Of a DNA stretch of 64,000 bases, positions 38,662-48,659 are shown piece by piece. The stretch lies in assembly GCA_963676835.2 (NCBI GenBank), contig CAXXFF010000003.1, positions 576,001-640,000 of the forward strand, read 5' to 3'. The position numbers and the translations under genes are program-made. Numbering within the stretch: position 1 is the stretch's first letter; each line of letters opens with the position of its first letter. The DNA is from Marispirochaeta sp. Its GTDB lineage: Bacteria; Spirochaetota; Spirochaetia; JC444; Marispirochaetaceae. The notes under the pieces are model-generated. The model was not told where the DNA came from. It saw nothing but the letters and a program-made list of their open reading frames with translations, and searched no databases.

Positions 38662-38673
38662 TGCTACGCTCCC

Positions 38674-39645
38674 CTATTTAGATCCGCCCACAGGGTGCAG
38701 ATTGCCCCGGCCTTCTATCACGGAGATAACATTATCCATGGACATGTTCGCCATGTTAAAGGTTGCCTCAAGAGTTCCTGCACCGATGTGGGGGGTAACA
38801 ATAAAGCGGTCGTCATTCAGCAGTTTCGAAGCCGTGGGCGGTTCGAATTCAAAAACATCTACCGCCGCCCGGGCTACTATGCCGTCACAAACCGCCTGAT
38901 AAAGATCCTCTTCAGCAACTACACCGCCCCGGGCAATATTCACCAGGAACAGGCCTTTTTTGGCTGTGGACAGAAGTTTTTTATCCACCAGGTGGTTGGT
39001 CTCAGCTGTCAACGGTAGATGAACAGAGATAAAATCCGATTGGGCAAAGATCTCTTCAAGGGAAGCAAATTCAACACCCAGGGAAGCAGCCGCTGCCTTG
39101 TCCTGAAACAGATCATAGGCAAGGGTTTTTGTTCCAAAGGGTTTCAGGTAGGAGGCAACTTTTTTTCCGATATTGCCGAAACCTAAAATTCCCACAGTTT
39201 TCCCGGCGAGCTCGCTGCCCACATAGACACCGAACTTTTTGTTCCGCAGATCGTTGCAAAGATTCTGGACATTGCGGGCCAGATTCAGCATAAGCCCCAT
39301 GGTAACTTCCGCAACAGCATTGCTGTTTGACCCAGGACAGTTTGAAACTGAAATCCCCCGCTCAATGGCGGCTGGAATGTCAATATTATCCGTGCCTACT
39401 CCGAATTTGGAAATTGCTTTCAGCTGGGGAGCTGCATCCATTACAGCAGGACTGACCTTCTCAAGCCCCACAATAAAGCCGGCCACATCGTCAACCGCCT
39501 TTATTACTTCAGATTCATCAAGAGGCTCCCAGCTGTATATGGGTTTCATTTCGTACCCTGCCTCCGACAAGGTACGATCCATGTGATCATGTACAAGCTC
39601 TTCAATACTGGGCTGCACAGTTACAAGTATCTTTTTTCTACTCAT
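38674..39645 (-). CDS. D-2-hydroxyacid dehydrogenase (SerA-like, no ACT domain)
   Basis: GVGTDNID, GFGNIG, NIARGG, DVFEFEP and TPHIGA. Confidence 0.9.
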   Translation of the reverse strand: MSRKKILVTVQPSIEELVHDHMDRTLSEAGYEMKPIYSWEPLDESEVIKAVDDVAGFIVGLEKVSPAVMDAAPQLKAISKFGVGTDNIDIPAAIERGISVSNCPGSNSNAVAEVTMGLMLNLARNVQNLCNDLRNKKFGVYVGSELAGKTVGILGFGNIGKKVASYLKPFGTKTLAYDLFQDKAAAASLGVEFASLEEIFAQSDFISVHLPLTAETNHLVDKKLLSTAKKGLFLVNIARGGVVAEEDLYQAVCDGIVARAAVDVFEFEPPTASKLLNDDRFIVTPHIGAGTLEATFNMANMSMDNVISVIEGRGNLHPVGGSK

Positions 39646-39655
39646 TTTATTTTCC

Positions 39656-40939
39656 TCAGGCAAAACCAAGCAGTCGTGGTACAAACAGTACCAGGTCGGG
39701 AATAAAGGTAATCAGCATCAGTGCCGCAATTTCCATCAGAATAAACGGCGCTATAGCCCTGGAGATCTTCATCATGCTGACCCCGGCTATAGGACAGGCA
39801 ACAAAGAGACATACTCCAAGAGGCGGGGTAGCCAGACCGATATTCAGGTTTACCAGCATAATAAGAGCAAAATGAACCGGATGGATTCCAAGACGAATAG
39901 CCAGGGGCATAAGGATCGGTCCAAGCAGAATGGCATTGGCCCCGGTTTCCATAATCATACCCATGAAAAGTAGCAGAACATTTACCAGCAGCAGAAACTG
40001 CACTCTGCCGAGGTTTGCACCAACCAGGGCTTTTGCAAGAGCCTGGGGTATCCGTTCTATGGAAAGAGTCCAGCTTAAAACACTGGCAAATCCTACAATC
40101 AGAATAAGAATTGAAGTAGTGGTTGCACTTTTCAGAAGGCATGCAGGGATATCACTCAGTTTAAGAGTCTTGAAAATAAAGAACCCCACAAACAGGGCGT
40201 AGCAGGTTGCGACCGCTGCAGCTTCGGTGGGAGTAAACACTCCGCTTAAAATTCCGCCGATAATAATAACCGGCATAAGCAGTGCCAGAATTGCATCCTT
40301 GGTTCCCCGCACCAGCTCCATGGCTCCCACTTTTTCCTTGCGGTAGGGGTGGTTTCGCTTAACACCAATTATGTAGGCCATAATCATAAGTGCGATTCCC
40401 ACAAGGAGTCCCGGAATAAATCCGGCTGCAAAAAGGGCACCGATGGATATTCCCATAATCGAACCGAATACAACCATAATAATGCTGGGGGGAATAATAG
40501 GCCCGATAACCGAAGAGGCTGCCGTAACGGCTGCGCTGTAGTCGGGTTCGAAACCATCCTCAACCATGGCGGGAATTAAGATTGATCCGATGGCGGAGGT
40601 ATCGGAAACTCCCGCTCCGGTAAGGCCTGCAAAGAGAATACTGGCGCCGATATTTGCCTGAGCAAGACCTCCCCTCAAGCGTCCCACCACAAGGCCTGCA
40701 AACTTTACCAGTCTGGTGGTTATTCCGGTTTTGTTCATCAGCTCACCGGCCAGGATAAAAAACGGAATAGAAAGAAGAACGAATACATCAACGGAGCTGT
40801 AAAAACGCTGGGCAATTACTGTAAAGGGAACCTTGTCCCATACAATAAGAAAGGTTGTGGCACTGATACCCAGGGCAAAAGCAATGGGAACGCCGACAAG
40901 AAGAGTAACAAGAAAGGGTATAAAAATCCATGCTGACAT
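39656..40939 (-). CDS. dctM: TRAP transporter large permease
   Basis: IPFFILAGELM, IIPPSI, FTPTEAA and TPPLG. Confidence 0.95.
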   Translation of the reverse strand: MSAWIFIPFLVTLLVGVPIAFALGISATTFLIVWDKVPFTVIAQRFYSSVDVFVLLSIPFFILAGELMNKTGITTRLVKFAGLVVGRLRGGLAQANIGASILFAGLTGAGVSDTSAIGSILIPAMVEDGFEPDYSAAVTAASSVIGPIIPPSIIMVVFGSIMGISIGALFAAGFIPGLLVGIALMIMAYIIGVKRNHPYRKEKVGAMELVRGTKDAILALLMPVIIIGGILSGVFTPTEAAAVATCYALFVGFFIFKTLKLSDIPACLLKSATTTSILILIVGFASVLSWTLSIERIPQALAKALVGANLGRVQFLLLVNVLLLFMGMIMETGANAILLGPILMPLAIRLGIHPVHFALIMLVNLNIGLATPPLGVCLFVACPIAGVSMMKISRAIAPFILMEIAALMLITFIPDLVLFVPRLLGFA

Positions 40940-41448
40940 CAGGCTGCCTCCTTGCCGGTTGTAGAGAACAGATCCTGTATTTCCGCTAACAGCAGATAAA
41001 TTACATGGATCACTATCAGTATTGAACCGATGGGCAGGGCCATCTTCGGAAAATACATGGTTATTTCAATAGTTGTAGCCTTTACCTTCTGTGCCGCTTC
41101 TGCAGCAAGAAAACTGTATTTGGCAAAAAAGAACAGAAACCATATCAGGGTGCCTTTTATCAAAATAGATAAAATCTGGCTTAATTTTTTCGGCAGAATA
41201 GTAATCAGAAAATCGACTCCCACATGGAGCCCCTGTTTGGCAGCAATCCCTGCACCAAGCATGCCGATCCAGATCAGCAGCATACGGGAAAGCTCCTCAG
41301 ACCAGGGCACCGAAGCCCGGGCAGCTCTCAGGGTTACCTGGACCATAACAACTACCAGCATAACTGCAACCAGCACCATGCATATGTAGCCTACAAACTT
41401 TTCCAGGATATCGCTTATACGTTTAAGAACATCAACTAGTTTCCCCAC
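40939..41448 (-). CDS. dctQ: TRAP transporter small permease
   Basis: WSEELSR and HVGVD, four TM helices. Confidence 0.92.
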   Translation of the reverse strand: MGKLVDVLKRISDILEKFVGYICMVLVAVMLVVVMVQVTLRAARASVPWSEELSRMLLIWIGMLGAGIAAKQGLHVGVDFLITILPKKLSQILSILIKGTLIWFLFFFAKYSFLAAEAAQKVKATTIEITMYFPKMALPIGSILIVIHVIYLLLAEIQDLFSTTGKEAA

Positions 41449-41573
41449 TTCAAGAACCTCCTCTCAAGGAATAATCATATGAGGTTTCCGCCTGTTCCGG
41501 GTGGTGGACGGACAGAACAAAACCCGCCCCCGGTTTAACAGGGACGGGCCGTAATTACTTTTACATGGATAAA

Positions 41574-42731
41574 TCAGCGGTAGCCGAATTTCTTCTCTGA
41601 CTCTGCAACTGCAGCCATCAGACCATCGATATACTTGGCATCAACCTTTCCACGGAGATACTCAAGAACTGGAGGCTGGGCTATATCTGCATACTGCTGT
41701 TTTTCTGCAACAGTGGGGGTATAGATCTGCATTCCGACTTCAGCCAGGTGGGCAAGACCGGTACTCTGGGAGTGGATGGTCTCAACAGCACGGTTTACAA
41801 CTGCAGCCTGATGGGCGGCAACCTGTACAATCTGCTGAAGGTCAGCGGGAAGGCTGTTAAGGAAATCAGAGTTCATAACAAAGTAGTCTTCACTCCAGAG
41901 GTGACCATCGAGGGTAATGTAATCCTGAACTTCATAGAGTGCATTGGTTGAAATAACGGAGATGGGGTTTTCCTGTCCGTCTACAACACCGGTCTGAAGA
42001 GAGGTATACAGCTCGCTCCATGCGATAGGCACCGCGTCGGCGCCGAAGGCTTTCATCATTTCAACAAAGATCGGAGAGGTCATTACACGGATACGCTCGC
42101 CTTTAAGGTCTGCAGGAGTCTTAATCTGCTTTTTTGAGTGGGTAAAATGACGGGTTCCGTTCTGGCCCATGGCAAGTACAGTCAGGCCGGTCTCTTTTTC
42201 GAAATCCGCACAGAAATCCTTCCAGAACTGGCTGTTGTCCAGAACATCCCAGGCAATCTCTTCAGATTTGAACAGGTAGGGAATGTAGAGAATTTCGAAG
42301 GGCGCAAAGAACTGACCCATGGTTCCGGTTCCAACCGCTGCTTCAAGAGCGCCGCTCTGAGCCATTTCACAGGTTGCCTTGTGGTCTCCCAGCTGTCCGT
42401 CGGGATAGACTTCTACATTAATCCTTCCGCCTGCACGGGCTTCTACAATATGCTCGAAGATATCACACAGAGCATATTCCTGTTCCCACTGAACTGTTGG
42501 AACAGCCTGGTACGAAGGCGCATTGATGGCGATACGGATAGTATACTCCGCGTCGGCAACTGCAGGATTTTCCTTCTTTTCAGGAGCCGGGGGAATAGGA
42601 TTTGTCACAGCGGCTTCTTTCTTCTCTGCTGCAGGTGCAGCGGAAGCAGTCTCCTTCTCAGAGCCACCACAGCCGACAAACACTACAAGTACTGCAAGAA
42701 TTAACAGGACGGCAAGTAATCTGGATCTCAT
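41574..42731 (-). CDS. dctP: TRAP substrate-binding lipoprotein
   Basis: FVGC lipobox, YPDGQLG, DLKGERIRV and LQTGVVDGQEN. Confidence 0.93.
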   Translation of the reverse strand: MRSRLLAVLLILAVLVVFVGCGGSEKETASAAPAAEKKEAAVTNPIPPAPEKKENPAVADAEYTIRIAINAPSYQAVPTVQWEQEYALCDIFEHIVEARAGGRINVEVYPDGQLGDHKATCEMAQSGALEAAVGTGTMGQFFAPFEILYIPYLFKSEEIAWDVLDNSQFWKDFCADFEKETGLTVLAMGQNGTRHFTHSKKQIKTPADLKGERIRVMTSPIFVEMMKAFGADAVPIAWSELYTSLQTGVVDGQENPISVISTNALYEVQDYITLDGHLWSEDYFVMNSDFLNSLPADLQQIVQVAAHQAAVVNRAVETIHSQSTGLAHLAEVGMQIYTPTVAEKQQYADIAQPPVLEYLRGKVDAKYIDGLMAAVAESEKKFGYR

Positions 42732-42805
42732 AAATTTCCTCCTTTCATGAGACACATTTTATTTCCCGGTCCGGAGGACCGGTATCAACTGTGACCGCTT
42801 AACGG

Positions 42806-43741
42806 TCACTGAATACCACGGTTCTTTTTAGCCTCCGCATAACGTGCATCCAGGGCTTTGAGATCGGCATAGAAAGCTTTTTCTTCATCTGCTGTCAGTT
42901 TGAGCTGGGGCGCCCGCATCTGATAGTCGCTTATGATTCCACGGTAAACCAGGGCAGCCTTGAAATAAGCCATATTTCCCCCGTTTCTTAGGACATTGGC
43001 ATAGTCATCGGCAAAGTGCTGATGAAAAAGGGCAAGCTCCCAGTCGTTGGCTTTTATTGCCTCATACATATCAACGTAGGGTTCGGGATAAGCTGAAGAA
43101 CAGCCGGAAACGGTACCGTCGGCACCAAGGGACATAATCGCCGGCAGCAGGGCATCTGAACCGTGCATAACCGAAAAGTCCCCTCCCCGCACGCGGGTAT
43201 ACTCAGCGGTGCGGCGGAAGTCGGCCCAGCTGTACTTGATGCCCACAATGTTTTTCCGGGCCCGGGCTATCTCCTCCACAATTGCCGTGGGCAGGTCGTT
43301 CACGGCCAGCTGGGGAATGCCGTAGAGGTATACCGGATACCCTGAAGGTACCGCATCGGCCAGAGCCAGGTAGAACTCTTTGATTTCCCTGGGATTTGCT
43401 CCAAAATAGGCGGGTGTTACTGCACCGATTCCATCGGCGCCGGCAGATGCTGCATGCTGTGCAAGCTCAATAACATCTTCCTGCTTCATTGCTCCCACAT
43501 GGATATAGACCGGGAGCCGGTCTTTCGCGGTTGAGATTACAGTCTCTGCAATCTTTTTCCGTTCTTCCACACTGAGGCGATACATCTCACCGGTTGTGCC
43601 GAGGGGGTACAGAGAGTGGACCCCTTTTTCGATAAGAAAGTCTGTAAATTTTCTGGTTGATTCAAGATCGATGCTGCTGTCTGCCTTGAAGAGGCTGACC
43701 ATTGCTGTTGTTATTCCATATAACAGTTTGGTGTTTCCCAC
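42806..43741 (-). CDS. DapA/NanA-family aldolase (probably not a true DHDPS)
   Basis: GTTGE, YLYGIP and GIKYS. Lacks the DHDPS Arg (YNVPxRT becomes YGIPQLA). Confidence 0.88.
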   Translation of the reverse strand: MGNTKLLYGITTAMVSLFKADSSIDLESTRKFTDFLIEKGVHSLYPLGTTGEMYRLSVEERKKIAETVISTAKDRLPVYIHVGAMKQEDVIELAQHAASAGADGIGAVTPAYFGANPREIKEFYLALADAVPSGYPVYLYGIPQLAVNDLPTAIVEEIARARKNIVGIKYSWADFRRTAEYTRVRGGDFSVMHGSDALLPAIMSLGADGTVSGCSSAYPEPYVDMYEAIKANDWELALFHQHFADDYANVLRNGGNMAYFKAALVYRGIISDYQMRAPQLKLTADEEKAFYADLKALDARYAEAKKNRGIQ

Positions 43742-43850
43742 GATGCTTTCCTTTTCTTAAAAGCTGTCTGCCGCCGGATTTCTCCGGCAGCAGCAAGTGT
43801 GAGAATTTTAACCCGGCTTATGTCATATGTCAACTTTTCTCTTTGCTATT

Positions 43851-44939
43851 TTATTGAGGATCATCGGGAAGGGAAAGCATGAAGGTTCTCAGATATTCAA
43901 GAAAAGCATCATAACCCTGGAAGAATTCCCGCATGGTTCGATGAAAGGCGCCGTAGTCGTTAAACTCCCCGGGAGTCATCCCGTCTTCGTGATAAATCTT
44001 CGCATATTCCGGCAGATTGCTGAGAAGTTCATTGATAACCGTCTCCGGCACCGGCTGGTCCATCCGGTCTTCTACCGGTACTGAACATCCTTCAAGGCGT
44101 CTCCACCAGACAGGATTAACCGTAAGGATAAGATCACCCCCGAGGAAATGAGACCAGAGCCAGTGGCTGTGGTTCAGCGCACCGAGGATACGCAGCCGGT
44201 AACCGCGTTCACGGAAAAGGGTATAGGCTTTTTTCATAATAGCTACACCTGCGAGTTCCACAGAATCGGGAGCCACCGGCAGGTTATCCCTCGCAACAAG
44301 GGCGGTCATATAATCATTTATCCGTCCCACCATTATGGTACAGCTTGGGTTGAGTGAGCTGATATCAAGGCCCTCTTTTTCCCGCCGCTTCAAGCCCCGC
44401 TCTACCGCCTCGGCAACTGCTACAGCCTGAGGAATTCCGAAGCAGACGGTTCCGTTGACGCTTACACCGTGATAAATGCACTCTTCTATTGCAGCCACTG
44501 CCGCAGTGGAGACCGGCATCTTTATAAGGATGTTTTCATTCAGTGACGAGAGCGCCCGGGCATGGGCTACTGTTTTTGCCGTACTGCGGTAATATCGCGG
44601 GTTAACCTGCAGCGCCTGCCAGCCCCTGCTGCCTTTTGTTTCCCGGAACATGGGCATAAACATTTCCGAACTGGCTTTTCCCGCCTCTTCCGTAAGTTTC
44701 CAGCAGAGCTCCTCGTCGGAAGCTTCGGGAATTTCTTTTTCCAGAAGAGAGTCAATGCGTCCCCGCCAGTTCTGCATCTCATCCTTAAGGATTCTTCCAA
44801 CTATCACCGGGTTGGATGTGGCCCCGACGGCTCCCCGTTTCATGGCAAATTCCACTTCTGCGGCACCGCAGGAATCGTTCCAGAGCTCGGTCTGGGGAAA
44901 ACGAACAGCAGCTTCATGGAGAGGACTCAAATATTGCAT
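43851..44939 (-). CDS. Transaldolase-family protein
   Basis: WNDS, GATSNP, ILIKMP (Schiff-base Lys), VNGTVCF and MVGRIND. Confidence 0.85.
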   Translation of the reverse strand: MQYLSPLHEAAVRFPQTELWNDSCGAAEVEFAMKRGAVGATSNPVIVGRILKDEMQNWRGRIDSLLEKEIPEASDEELCWKLTEEAGKASSEMFMPMFRETKGSRGWQALQVNPRYYRSTAKTVAHARALSSLNENILIKMPVSTAAVAAIEECIYHGVSVNGTVCFGIPQAVAVAEAVERGLKRREKEGLDISSLNPSCTIMVGRINDYMTALVARDNLPVAPDSVELAGVAIMKKAYTLFRERGYRLRILGALNHSHWLWSHFLGGDLILTVNPVWWRRLEGCSVPVEDRMDQPVPETVINELLSNLPEYAKIYHEDGMTPGEFNDYGAFHRTMREFFQGYDAFLEYLRTFMLSLPDDPQ

Positions 44940-44959
44940 GTCTGACTAACCACCTTTTT

Positions 44960-44972
44960 GGTCTAATAATTA
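44960..44972. promoter_or_regulatory. Operator copy GGTCTAATAATTA (GntR/FadR-type)
   Basis: Same 13-mer recurs at 47342 and, reversed, at 48697-48709. Confidence 0.6.
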
Positions 44973-45117
44973 ATACAATTAAGATGTTCAGTAATATTAT
45001 GCCAGCACTTTTTCCACCGCGCAAGAAAAACTGTTCTGTTTCTGCTATAGCCTTTCAATTATCCTGCAAATCTTATAAAAGTATGGGTATTATCTATTGG
45101 TCCGAGGAGATTCATAC

Positions 45118-45822
45118 ATGCCGAGAAAGCGCCCCAAGGTATATGAGGAGGTTATTTCTACTCTTGAAGAGATTATCGACAAAGATAATCTTACCGCAGG
45201 AGACCGCCTCCCCTCGGAATCGGAACTGGCAGAGATGATGGAGGTTGGGACAAGGTCCATCAGAGAAGCCTACGCAACCCTCCGTACCATGGGAATAGTG
45301 GAAGTCCAGCATGGCAAGGGAATTTTTCTTGCCGAAAACAGTATGGATCACTTCCTGGAATCACTGGCTACATCCATTAAATTCACTTTTTCCGACACGC
45401 GGAGCCTTCTTCTTGAGTTAACCGATGTCCGTCTTCTTATTGAAACAGGCATTATCCATGATTTCGCCCTGGAACGGACCGAAGAGGACGTTGAAAATCT
45501 CCGTAAAATCACCGCGGACATGCAGACATTTAATGCGGAGAAGGATCTGATTAATTTCAACCTGAAGGATCTGGAGTTTCATGCCTATCTGGTGCAGAGC
45601 TTTCCCAACCGGATCATTAAATCACTGTACATTCACCTTCAGCGGCTGCTCAGGCAGAGTATACAGCTTACCCAGTATTACGGAGGGGAAGAATCTCTCT
45701 GTCTGGATCAGCATCAGGAAATGCTTGAATTAATTGCCGCGGGAGACGGTGACGGTGCGCGGAGAGTTCTTTCCGAGCACCTGCAGCGAACCCGGAAAAC
45801 CGTAGAATCCCTGCAGATTTAG
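45118..45822 (+). CDS. GntR/FadR-family regulator
   Basis: GDRLPSESELAE...REA HTH and FCD domain (DLEFH, QHQE). GGAG RBS. Confidence 0.92.
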   Translation: MPRKRPKVYEEVISTLEEIIDKDNLTAGDRLPSESELAEMMEVGTRSIREAYATLRTMGIVEVQHGKGIFLAENSMDHFLESLATSIKFTFSDTRSLLLELTDVRLLIETGIIHDFALERTEEDVENLRKITADMQTFNAEKDLINFNLKDLEFHAYLVQSFPNRIIKSLYIHLQRLLRQSIQLTQYYGGEESLCLDQHQEMLELIAAGDGDGARRVLSEHLQRTRKTVESLQI

Positions 45823-45842
45823 CCGGTAAGAATAATCCTGTT

Positions 45843-46559
45843 TCAGCTGCCGGTGCTGATATTATATGCCTTGATAAGGTGTTCCCGCATAAGGGTTTCC
45901 GCGAGATCAGGCTTCTGATCCCGGATGGCGTCAGCCACGGTGCGGTGATCTATCAGGGCTTCTTCCGGGACACCGCCTCTGGAAAGGGTTATCTCCCGGG
46001 TATTTTCAATCAGATCTTCAACAAGCTGGGAAAGACCGAAAAGAAAATCATTCTCTGAAGCCCGTGCAATAGCCAGGTGATAGGCATGATCACCAGCCAT
46101 ACCTATACCTCCGGAACCGAGGTCCTTCTCCATATCATCCAGGGCTTTGTAGATCTCTTTCAGATCATCTTCAGTACGGCGCTCAGCCGCCAGAGCCGCG
46201 GATTTTGTCTCAAGAATTAAACGGACTTCAATTATATCACTGACCATCTGGTTGGTACGGCGAAACAGGGTCTGCACCACATTAAGGGCGTGATTAAGAG
46301 AAACCTCGCGGATAAATGTTCCGCCCGAAACCCCTACCCGGGTTTCAACTTCTCCCATAAGCTCCAGGGCACGGATTGCCTCGCGCACCGAGGTTCTGCT
46401 GACTCCAAGCTGCTCAGCAAGCTCCCTCTCGGGAGGGAGCTGATCGCCGGGATTGAGAGTCCCGGCATCTATAAGGCTTCGAATCATCTCTGCGACGTCT
46501 TCAAAGACCTTCTTTTTTTTAAGTTTACCGAAAAGATTGTCCTGTTTGTTTGTCATCAT
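45843..46559 (-). CDS. GntR/FadR-family regulator
   Basis: GDQLPPERELAEQLGVSRTSVREA, DHAYH and H..V..AI. Confidence 0.92.
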   Translation of the reverse strand: MMTNKQDNLFGKLKKKKVFEDVAEMIRSLIDAGTLNPGDQLPPERELAEQLGVSRTSVREAIRALELMGEVETRVGVSGGTFIREVSLNHALNVVQTLFRRTNQMVSDIIEVRLILETKSAALAAERRTEDDLKEIYKALDDMEKDLGSGGIGMAGDHAYHLAIARASENDFLFGLSQLVEDLIENTREITLSRGGVPEEALIDHRTVADAIRDQKPDLAETLMREHLIKAYNISTGS

Positions 46560-46614
46560 ACCACCGGGCAAAAACTTACCACATCAACGGCAAAGATGAC
46601 AAGAAAGGAAATCA

Positions 46615-47283
46615 TCAGCCGGTGATCCAGTTCTTATCACCAAAAGCTTTTTTCCAGGAGCCTTCGAACTTCGCCCAGCGGTCGATAGTATAGGCATTGG
46701 CAAAAAAGAGCTTCCAGAGACCATAGGAACAGGTCATTTCGTCTGCACCCATACGGAAACCGTCTACAATCTGCTGAAGAGACCGCGCGGCACTCATGAC
46801 TTTAGTATCGATTCCTCCGGCCATGTATGCCTCGGTAACACCCTGCATAAGATCGTTGGTAGACCGTTCATCAGCTTCACCAAGAAGTCCAAGGAAGATT
46901 GCAGCATGATCAGCACCGGCTTTGGCAACCACAAGGGCTTCCATGGTGGTGTGGATAGCTGTTGCACAGATTTCGATGTCCGTGGTTTCCTTTATTTTCT
47001 GAATAGCCTTGATGCCTTCAATACTGGTCTGAACCTTAACAACCACCTTGTCGCCCAGGGAGTTGATGATTTTTGCCTCTTCCACCATGGTCTTTGCATC
47101 GGGTGCACTGACCTGTGAAAAAACTTTACATGATACAGTCTTACAGATATCGGTGAAGGTTTTCTTGAAATCACCGCCGACGGCTGCCATCATGCTGGGA
47201 TTCATGGTTACTCCGTCAAGGATTCCCCACTCATTGATCTCCTTGATTTCATCAAGAACACAGGAGTTAAGATAAAATTCCAT
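46615..47283 (-). CDS. Fructose-6-phosphate aldolase/small transaldolase-family protein with atypical active site
   Basis: FSA-like fold: YLNS (usually xLDT/S), GVTMNPS, FSQV, VVKV Lys, and AIFLGL where FSA has APYVNR. Confidence 0.82.
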   Translation of the reverse strand: MEFYLNSCVLDEIKEINEWGILDGVTMNPSMMAAVGGDFKKTFTDICKTVSCKVFSQVSAPDAKTMVEEAKIINSLGDKVVVKVQTSIEGIKAIQKIKETTDIEICATAIHTTMEALVVAKAGADHAAIFLGLLGEADERSTNDLMQGVTEAYMAGGIDTKVMSAARSLQQIVDGFRMGADEMTCSYGLWKLFFANAYTIDRWAKFEGSWKKAFGDKNWITG

Positions 47284-47341
47284 TGCTGATTCCTCCAGCT
47301 GTTACTACAGATATTACCCCGCCGCATCGCTGCAGCGTATT

Positions 47342-47357
47342 GGTCTAATAATTAGAC
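47342..47357. promoter_or_regulatory. Palindromic operator G-GTCTAAT-A-ATTAGAC
   Basis: Perfect 7-bp inverted repeat upstream of the FSA-like gene. Confidence 0.65.
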
Positions 47358-47399
47358 GTTATACCATGAATCATGACTGCAGTCAAAGCCCAAATACCG

Positions 47400-47425
47400 A
47401 TAAAGCCGCAAAAATGCGGCTTTAT
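47400..47425 (-). terminator. Hairpin or terminator after the stand-alone binding-protein gene
   Basis: ATAAAGCCGCA-AAAA-TGCGGCTTTAT. Confidence 0.6.
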
Positions 47426-47447
47426 CTTACTGTTCAAGCTGAAAATA

Positions 47448-48512
47448 TCAGGGAAGCGGATCTGCAGGAGCAGGTTTGCCTGCCTTTGCACTTGCAATCA
47501 GCTCCTGTACCCAATCCTGGGGATAGGATAGGTCAGCAAGGCCGCCCTTTTGGGTATGCTCAAGAAAATAGTCCAGCTGTTCTTCCCCGAAGACCATGGG
47601 ACTCATGTGGATCTCTTTGGGAACTTCTTCGCCGTTGAGAATCTCAAGGGCAGTCCAGAATGCGGTACTGACGGAACCGGGAACAATGCTTACCGACATG
47701 GAAGGATAGCTTCCGCCGTTCTTTTCCTGCATCTCTTTCCAGATTACCAGCTCATCATAGCGGTGACCGAAAATCTGCAGAGGCGCAGGACGTCCGGCAT
47801 TCTCAAAGGCCTTGAGGCTTCCATAGCCGTCACCGCCCTGGGCCACAACCGCCTTGATTTCGGGCAGAGAAGGAAGAATTCCGGCGACCTCTTTCTGGGC
47901 TACCGACTGGGTCCAGTTTCCGTATACTTCACCCACGACGCTCAGGTTGCTGTATTTATCTGCTGTTTCAACAATAGCTTTATGGATTTCATCATCTGCA
48001 AAGGTTCCGGCCATTCCGCGGATTTCGAGAATATTTACCGGCTGAGATGGAAATGCCTTGTGGAGGTGCTCAACCTCTGCTTCTCCCATATCGTAAAAAT
48101 CTGTAATCAGCTTCCAGGCTGAAGGATCTGTTACGGTCTGATCAAAACAAACCACAGGGATTCCGGCTTCAACAGCTTTTGCAACCGCACCGTTAAGGGC
48201 AGTCGGGGATGCCGCATCCAGTACAATAGCATCATAGCCTTCGAGAACCAGATTCTGCAGTAGAGCAGCCTGCTCGGCGGCACTGGATTCATTGGTGGTA
48301 AATGCGGGACCTTCGGCAATAAGACCATCGGCCTTGGCCTGTTCTACAACGGCTTCCCAGTTTTTAATCATCTGCTGCCGCCAGGAGTTTCCCGCATAGT
48401 TGTTACACAGGGCAATCCGCCACTCTCCGCTTTTCTTTTCTCCCTGACCACCTGCGAACAGGGTAACCATTGCCAGGAGAGATACAAGAATCAGACTTAC
48501 AACTCTTCTCAT
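47448..48512 (-). CDS. Sugar ABC substrate-binding protein, close paralogue of 30282-31343
   Basis: Shares NxYAGNSWRQQM, PAFTTNESSAAEQAA, GEVYGNWTQSVAQKEVAGILPSLPEI and C-terminal AKAGKPAPADP. Confidence 0.92.
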   Translation of the reverse strand: MRRVVSLILVSLLAMVTLFAGGQGEKKSGEWRIALCNNYAGNSWRQQMIKNWEAVVEQAKADGLIAEGPAFTTNESSAAEQAALLQNLVLEGYDAIVLDAASPTALNGAVAKAVEAGIPVVCFDQTVTDPSAWKLITDFYDMGEAEVEHLHKAFPSQPVNILEIRGMAGTFADDEIHKAIVETADKYSNLSVVGEVYGNWTQSVAQKEVAGILPSLPEIKAVVAQGGDGYGSLKAFENAGRPAPLQIFGHRYDELVIWKEMQEKNGGSYPSMSVSIVPGSVSTAFWTALEILNGEEVPKEIHMSPMVFGEEQLDYFLEHTQKGGLADLSYPQDWVQELIASAKAGKPAPADPLP

Positions 48513-48659
48513 ACACATTACCTTCCTTATTTTGGTAATTTTCCGGAAACATCCTCCTTGTTCCGGATATCCATCAATCTTTATGGATTAATTGATAGAC
48601 CTTTGAATTGTATGGTCCAAAAATCTGAGCCGTCAAGGATTTTTATTTTTAAGAACTCT

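Noticed and set aside
42766..42809. Twin hairpins (also at 41480-41550, 43764-43793, 53713-53739) as REP elements or ncRNA
   Set aside because: Sequences are unrelated to each other and sit at intra-operon junctions; best explained as mRNA stability or processing hairpins.
42806..43741. dapA (lysine biosynthesis)
   Set aside because: Missing the DHDPS substrate Arg and located in a TRAP catabolic operon.
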